Part shown: one piece after another, positions 55,642-64,000 of the stretch
How the letters are laid out: each line of letters opens with the position of its first letter
How positions within the stretch are numbered: the stretch's first letter is position 1
DNA from: Auanema rhodensis
Lineage: Eukaryota; Animalia; Nematoda
Assembly (NCBI GenBank): GCA_964057225.1
Contig: OZ059899.1
Coordinates: 7,006,001-7,070,000 of the forward strand
DNA length: 64,000 nucleotides
Direction: 5' to 3'
Made by a program: the position numbers and the translations under genes
The notes under the pieces: generated by a model
What the model was told of the DNA's origin: nothing
What the model saw: the letters and a program-made list of their open reading frames with translations, nothing else
The model's database searches: none

Positions 55642-58600
55642 TCCCATTAGCCATAGTCATATTTGAAAACTTTAGTCAACTAAGCAGTTGCTATTAGCTT
55701 ATGTTAGTCATATGCAATAAAAATCTTTTTTTTGTGGCTTTCTTGTATATTTTCTAAAATTTTCATTTCATATAGTTTTTGAGGACTTTCAACAGCCTTC
55801 GACTGGTATTAGTCTGTGCTGCACTTTCAAAGAAATTCTCATCAATTCATCTTCTTCAGTCTGATTAGCTACTTGTCGAGTACCACGTTGAGTTCTGCCC
55901 ACTTGGTTGCTTTTAACCATAAAATAAGGAACATAAGATGGAACTGAAAGTCAATCTGGCTTTTGCCCTTTGACCTTATTTCTTCTATTGCTTAACCTTT
56001 CAAACTTCAATCCACGTCGTAAACATCATATTCATCATCATCATCAACTTCATCAAGGAAAAACCTGATCTTTTCTACAAATTTGCAATTGGAAACTAAA
56101 AAACTATAGGCATTACGTCCAACAATGATGATAATCTCTCAAGTTCGATAACCAAATAAGATGAAATTGCGAAAAAACATCATAACAATAGCTTTTCCTT
56201 GCTGTTGCCAACGAAATTGTATTGGCTTCCAAGTCAACTACATGGTATTTAGATGAATCTGCTGTTTTCTACTTAGCTTTTCATTTTCATCCTCGTCTCG
56301 CCTCATCATCATTTCTCTCATTTTTCTATTGGAGTCTTTGTCGACATCACTTCATCGTTCTCTTCCATACGTTCCGTTCGTTTCCGTTGTCATCAGACGT
56401 CACGAAATAAGCATTTCAAGCTTCAGAACCATAAACATCCTTTCTAGTGAGATTGGATGGAGTTGAAACACAAATTCTGGATTAACTAAGCCAACTATTT
56501 TTATGTGAGGACCCTCTCCTGTTTCTTTTTCTCCCATTTTTCTGTCACTGCTTGAAGATATGTTTCGGAAAGGAAAGAACAAAAAAAAAACAAAAAAAAA
56601 AGGCTGAGAAATGAATGCAAAATTGAAGAAGAAATGACGAAGAGCCAAGTTTATCTTTTCTTTAGTTTTATCTATATCGGTATATTCAAGAATAATAATA
56701 ATATCTGATACGAGAAACAGCATGAGGGTACCACATAAGCATTATACTTATCTCCCCCTTCATTCTTTATTTTCTCCTCTCTCTCTTCTTCTTTCAGATA
56801 ATTTTCTTTTCTTCTCTATTTCTGTAGATTTTAGAGGTAAATTTGTTTTACTTCCCCTCACTATAGATGGTCGTTTGCCATACTTATCTAGTTTTTGTTC
56901 TCGTCATTCTCCACTTTCATCCTTGTCGTCTTCTATCTTAACCCTCTTCTTGTTCTCTCTTTCTCTCTCTTTTTCTATTTCTCTCTTTCTCTTTCCATCA
57001 ATTAGTTTTCCCTTTTCTTCGTTTTGCCCATTTTTTTCTGGTATCTGGATAATAACCATGTTTAGACGATCGGCAATATGCCATGTAGTATACAGAAATC
57101 GAGATTGAATCTAATAAGACGAAGAGAAGAAAAAAGCGATGAGAGGGGAAGTTGTTTCTTCGCATCATCATGTCAACCTCTCTTTATACCTTTTCTTTTC
57201 ATCTTTATCTCGTAGAACACTTTCTCTCATTCTGTAGATCTCTCTTCCATATTCTTATGTCGTACCTCGTTTTTTTCTAATTCTCTGCTTTCTATCCTCT
57301 TCATCTGAATCTTCTTAGTTTCTTCGTTCCATACACATTTACTTCTTTTCTTCCGCCATTCAATCTATCTATGTATCTTCAATCTGTCTCCGCCCTTTTG
57401 CTATATAAGAGAAAGTCGGATGCTGCTTATAAAGATGAAAATAGTGAAAGAGGACAGGAGAGTGTCAAATGTACAAAAAGAGACCCTTCGACTGCAGAAC
57501 TAGTTTCTCGTTTTCCAGACTCCTCAGTCATCTCCTTCAGTCCTCCCTTTGACGTCGACGACGATGCCAATGATGATGGCGACGCCGAAGATGTCAAGGA
57601 TGGTTACTAGCCTTCTGGATCGGAGTTGAGTCATTTAGACATAAAACGTCAAAAACATCTACAACGTCATGTGAAATAATAGCCAATGGCTGTGTCTGAA
57701 TATTTCTGTGAGATTGTCTCGAATCATCGATGAAACAAGACATCGATTAAGATGTGAAGTTATTCGGAAGATTTCTCATTTGACCTTGATCTATGCTGAT
57801 TCGTTTTCCATCAAAAACACCTTTTATCTTCATTACATTATCCGAAAGTACTTTTATGGACATATCACATCATTTGACACTTGTTACGAAATTATTTTTT
57901 ACTATACTTAGCTTGCTTGCTTTTACCACCCCCCCCCCCCTTTTCAGTCAAAGTCTCGCTCATATCACACGCGCCACCAAGCTTTCATACAGCGATTACT
58001 AGCATTTCTCTAGTTTCTCTCTTTCAACCTCATACGCACATCCCTCTTTTTTCTGATACTATCTATAACATTCTCTTCTTATGTGTGGATCTAAGGCTGT
58101 AGTCAATCATCACTGATAAGGCTATAGACTTCAATATATTCTGGTATCAGTTATGTTTACTCCCAAAAATGAAATACAGCTATTCCTCGAATTGGCTTAC
58201 GATGCGTCATGTTCTACTCTATTTCTAACGTCTTTCCTTTAAATGAACCTTTTATCTTGTTAATATATCATATTCAACAACAAGAATGTTAGAAAGTTGA
58301 CCTCTACTAGTCATTACCATCATCCAAAAGTTTGAAGGAGGCTTATGATGTCTTGTGAGCTATTGGTTGAGCAGCCACCATATTTGAGCCCATTTTCTTT
58401 TTTCGGTCATGGTTTATCTAGTCAAGCCTACGTCCTTTGGCTTCTGCCCCTTCTTCCGTGGCTCAAAACAATACTTTATAATCTATCTGTGCTGCTGTTC
58501 AAAATTCTCAAAAGAGGATCAATCATGACTCTCCAGACATATGGACAATGGTTTCAGAAGATAGACAGAAGCGTGCGGCTGAGAGCAGCAAGAAAGACTA

Positions 58601-61600
58601 GCGGAGGGAGCAAGCGGATAAACTCTTCACGAACTAAATAAAAAGAAAAAGTATATGAAATAAGCTAACTATAGATTCTGGTATACTAATTTATGAATTG
58701 TAAGAATAATGGTTGTATATGAAACCACTTTTTTTTCTTTTGTAGCTATCCTCAACTAAATATTTCTGTGACCATGTAAGAGCTAACGATATAAATCTCT
58801 TTTTTCATGATATGTAAACGATAATTCGTTTGCCGTTTGAATAGATAAAGATAAGAAGTTTCCTGTCCTCGAATCTCGTAGTTGAAGAGCACACATAAGA
58901 TATCAGTCAGATTGAAGAGAAGCAGAGTGATCGGCCCGGTTTCGACTTATCACCCACGACTAGCATATCACCCCCCCGAAGGCATTTCGCCTTGTTACCC
59001 TGTACCTTGCTCAATTCAGCAAAACGGCTTCTTTCTCCTATCTGATGAAATCCATTTACTTCTTTTTAAATAACAAAAAATATTATTTACTTAACAATCC
59101 CAACACATGACCTCAACAAACTATGATTACTGTTTTTCAATATAAAGTTTGTCCTTATATGACATTGTACTGAATAATTCTGAACTTTTTAACTTTTTTC
59201 ACTTATATCTGTCTATTTGTAAATAATTACCTTCATTTTTACTTTACTAGTTCACATTACTAACTACACGTCTCTCATTTCTCACGGAGATATCGATAAG
59301 CGTGAACTGTCAACGTGATCCACGTGTACGTGTTAACCACTCAGCCATTTAACATTATCCATTCGATTGCTGCTGGCTGTGTTCAATACATATCATGTAC
59401 TCGGTTCGTTTACTATTTTACAATTCACATGTCTATCTTCTTCTGTACTTGCAACTGCTGCTGGTCATCTATCATCATACAGCTTGTTGTGTTGTCATGC
59501 TCTCTCTCACATACAATTTACTACATTATTTTATTTTTTAATAGTAAATATTATATTATTTTCAGTCATCAGCTTACCTTTGATGCTGTATCGTTATATG
59601 TACAAGCTAGCTTTGGTCCCTTAAAACGCTGTGCTTGTATCTTATACTTTGCTTCCTCATTTTGATGATCCATCCTATCTCAAAACATGTTTAGTATCAA
59701 TATGTGCTTATCTTTTGTTTTCAAGCATTATTGATTGAATAACATTTGACTCTCTCTGTCTTCCTCTCTCTTTTTTTCTCTCTCTTTCTTTTTATCTCCT
59801 TTGTCCTCTTTCTTACTCTCTAACTCCTACTCTCTTTATACCCTTTTCTGTTTTAATTTTGGTTTCTCTCTATCCATATTCTCAAGAAGAACAAAATGAG
59901 TCTTCAAATTCGTCGGCGTCTCATCCCTTGTTTGGCATTTAATTAGCCACCCTTTTGCGTAGCATGATTGCAATCTAAGCCTACCTCTATCTTTAAGTCT
60001 CATTTCGTAAACCTCTCTCTTCCTTCCTTTATTATCTTTTTATCTGATTCTCTTGCCTCTTCTCACTTACAGTTTTCTCAGGATAACAAGGCTTTAGTTA
60101 ATAAATGTAAATGAAAGCTCAAAAACAATTACTTAGCACTTAGCTGATCCACCATGTTTCCGCTAATTGTCGTCTAAATCCTATTCCTCGCTTGATCGCG
60201 AACGATTTCGTGTGCTTGCCTTGAAAGAACATCTTTAACCTTGCAATTTCAACTAATTATAGTTTTATTTTTTGTATTAACAAGAACATCAATTAGAATG
60301 ATCACATGTGGATTACCAAATTTATACTTCAGTTTCTCTCTCATAGTTCTCGTAACATTCTTTGCTTGTTCAGGGGGAAAACAGTTTTTCCCTTCATTTC
60401 TATCATCTCTGTCTTTTCAATTAGATATCATTCTTAATGAAATTGCTTATGTACCCCATCTCTTCTAAGATTTAATCAGTAACTTCATATCACTATACTG
60501 TGTATTCGGAAACAAAAAAAAACGAAGAAGCGAATGACGTTCATATCACTGCTGCATATCGAGGACGACACAATCAGCTGTCCTCCAATTGTATTAGTTA
60601 TGATCTTATGAAGCAATATCTGTAGCTGGACAAGATCATCCAAATGTGTTTTCATGATCCTCATGTAGTTTACACTATGTGTATTCGTTATCAGAAAGAA
60701 ACGATTTTATCAACTTGCCAGCCTCTCAAGTTGTTTTATATACTTTGCTATTTCCTTTTATGCTGGTTAGATCAGCATCAATATCCAACTCGACTCAAAA
60801 AAATGTCCCAACAAGTGTTTATATCTAACCTTCAACCAACTTTTAATCAGCAAACTAAGCTGTATTCCTAACTCTTCAGTCGCCTGTTTTCAAGCTATTT
60901 TGATTCTATCTGTGATTGTCTCTCCAAATTCTCTGTGCAGCTTCCCTCGTTGTGTTTCTTAAGCGCTGGGACTAATTTTCGGTTATTCTCAATTAGGTTT
61001 AATTCTTCTTTAAATAGTACCGTATCTTATCAATATCCTCCTACGTTATTCTGCTCTAGCTCATATGTACCGTCCTTTATATTTTATTTGAAGTGGATGA
61101 AGGTCAGTAGACCGTGTACTAGCTTATCCTACCGTATCTTATCATCTATGTTTGTCTCGTATTAATCCCTCATAACAGTTATGACTGTCAAAAACTTGAA
61201 GAGTCAGTCTCTTGTAATACAAAAAGGTCGATGCAGTCAGTTTATAGACAAGGCATGCTTCTCCGTAGAGTATATCAGATGATTCAGATATGATTACGAT
61301 GATGTTGTAGCAGTAAGCATCTGTATTATGTTTCGTGTGTATCTCTTCTCGTTGTCGCTCATTTCATTTGGTTTGATTGTATTTGCCATTCATCGTTGCC
61401 CATATCTGTTGATCGTCTCTCCGTTCACGTTCAGATAGATATGTACACACAAGATTTTATTTTTTTATTTCCACCTTTCTATCTTATACTTTCCTATATC
61501 ATCTCTCTTTCTCTCGTTCTCTTCTTTTCTTCCTGATTTCGTCTTTTCTCGTTTTATCTTTTCTTTCGTTTCATGCATTGGTTTCATACTTTTCCCAACA

Positions 61601-64000
61601 GTTCAAATCTATGATACTGTTATCCTTTTCTCTCCTCTTTTCTCTATGTGTCTATCTTAATTGCTCTCTGTCATCAGAATCGCCCTCATCCTTTTCTACT
61701 GTCTCTGACTGGCTCAAACATGATAACAACCTTTCGCTTCGTTTCTGATAGCTTTGTCATCTATGCGATCTCCATGTAGTATAACTATAGTCCTTCTCCC
61801 TCCTTTAAGCTCTTGTTGACTTTTTGATCAAAGCTATAATACTTGACCATATATGTATATTATGTGTAAAGATAGATAGATAGAAAGATAGATAGATAGG
61901 TAGAGCTTGTGATATTTCATCACCTATATGCACATGTTTTAAGATATCTATTGATGTTTCTTCTTCAACAACAATTTTCCAATCATCTGTATTTGGTTTG
62001 CCGTCGTTTCCCTCTCTTTACGTCGTCGTCATTCTGTCTTCCTCGCTGACTTTCATCAACCGTTTTTCTTCATCCGAATTCCATCCTTTAACAATTCCAA
62101 TACGCACACATACACATATCATCACTACCATCACAATCATCATCTACACACATACATACACGCACACATATAGCTATCCATGTACATAGGCTTGGCGAGC
62201 TGACTCAGATCTTGATTCCGCCGATTACCATATCTGGATATTTGACGTGAGAATTATCGAAAGCATCATAGGTGCTGATGCCGTTCTATATATAGTTATC
62301 TCGTTTGTCTAACTTTGAATATTCTTTTAGAAAGTTCAAAATCCAGAATAACTTGTTTCCCCCATTCCCCTCTCATCAGTCTCATTTTAAGACAACTGAT
62401 TTCTATTTTCCTAACTCAAGATCTAACTGTTTTCTATAGTCTTTAGCTACTTACCTATCTTTTCCATTCATGTATTGTCGTTAATCATCCATACTACACC
62501 TTTTACGTGTTAGCCGTGTTGTTGCGTACACTCAAGAACAACCATTATTCTTCATTTGTCGTCTTCGGTTTTTCATTCTCTTCAATTACTTGATCATCTT
62601 ATACAAATTTTCTTACTTTACTTTCTTCACTATCTTCAATAACGACTTCTCATCCTCCTCTCTGGCAATTGATAGATTTGTTCCCTCTTACCCTTTTCTT
62701 TCTCTTTCACTTCTAAGGCTATTTGCTGCTCTCTCTTTCACTCATTCCATTCACATTTCCACAGCCATAATGTGGGCGTGGTTTTGTTTCGCCACTGGGT
62801 CCCGCCTATCCGTAGCTAATCGCACGACGCGACGGCGGAGCGCTCTGACGACGACGTTGATCGTCGTCAGCCTCCTTCTTCATCAGACCCCACCCCATTT
62901 TCGATTTCCTTTTCTGATGCTCCTTAGTTCTTTCACCCTCTCATACTTCAAAACTTTCTCATCCTTCTCTTTGTATCTCTATGAGACTGTCTATTCATAA
63001 GACTATTTGCATCCGATATTGTCTGTCAATCTCTCGTTTACAAATGTTTTTTCTCTGATTATCTTGATGTTAGTAGTGCTCTCGCTATTATGCATCTTCT
63101 AAATCTATTATTCAATCATATTCCTAGCTCTAGCAATATCATCATCTCGAGAGAAAGTACAGCTAGTGTGATACGATGAACTGCCAGTCCATATGGCTAG
63201 GCTTACGAGCGCTCACAATAAATCCGCCAAGAATAGTATTTTATCATTTCCTTTCATATAATGAGACTTGAACACAAATTATAACTGTTATTCCAACGTT
63301 CTCATTGTTTTTATACTTCAAATCGTATTTTTCATTTTCTGTTTTTAACATCAAAAAATTACCAATCTGCCTTTTGACAATTCTTATATTCAGTTAACTA
63401 CTTCCATCCTATTTTGTCTGTCGTGTGTTATGTTCGTTCGGAATAATCATCTGAACATCAACCATCGTCATATACAAACGGCATTTATCATTTATTTCTT
63501 ATCCTTTTCTATTTTGAATCCAGTCTGCTTTCGCTTCTGATTCTCTCTTCCTTGTCTTCTCCCTTTCATATCCTTCATCTTTCTTGTACATTTCTTGGGC
63601 TTTTCCCCATTTATGGCTTATTCCGTAACACACTCTTTCACTTTCAGATTCTGCTTCTATTGCTTTCTTATTCTTCCTTCATCCTCTACCATCATATAGA
63701 TCTTTCTCTCTTATTCAATCAGTGAAAGAAACATCACTGTCGTTGTCGTCGTTTGCTGACGGCAGCATCATTCTACTCTACTCTTCCTCTCATTCTTTTC
63801 CTAAAGCCAGTTCCCAGTTCCTTCTTTTCGTCTTTTCACTTTCTTCACTTCACCTTGTCCTCTCACTTCCTTACTCTCCCTATCTCTCTTTCTGTCTTGC
63901 CGCCTGCATGTCACTGTTGCGTAACTTGTGTTGTGGCCCAACACGTTGGGCGCCTGAGGCACTGTTTAATGTCTCCCATAGTGATGTTCAATCTTTCGTA

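Overview
AT-rich eukaryotic genomic DNA from a nematode, probably rhabditid-like. Evidence: ~40-60 nt GT-AG introns ending in TTTCAG/TTTTAG, unpaired acceptors just upstream of start codons (SL trans-splicing style), and nematode-type proteins. A dense block (23.6-44.8 kb) holds six spliced genes: alr-1 (aristaless/ARX homeobox, +), mppa-1 (mitochondrial processing peptidase alpha, -), rab-14 (+), mes-4 (NSD-type H3K36 methyltransferase, -), an equilibrative nucleoside transporter (-) and an uncharacterised gene with a MULE/FAR1/ZSWIM3-N-like Zn-binding DNA-binding domain (+). Two long regions with no convincing coding exons flank the block (1-23.6 kb and 44.8-64 kb). Most notable: a let-7/miR-84-like hairpin candidate at ~46.37 kb with a second hairpin 550 bp away; a CDE-CHR (DREAM) element and a stop/start-overlapping uORF in front of mes-4; two probable GC-AG introns; clustering of the heptamer TACGGTA/TACCGTA in the distal alr-1 upstream region; bantam/miR-58-family seed sites in three neighbouring 3' UTRs; and mes-4 plus mppa-1 sitting among genes recalled as X-linked in C. 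elegans. Gene models, folds and counts were done by eye, and orthology/synteny statements are from recall and need checking. Most short ORFs in the supplied track are spurious.
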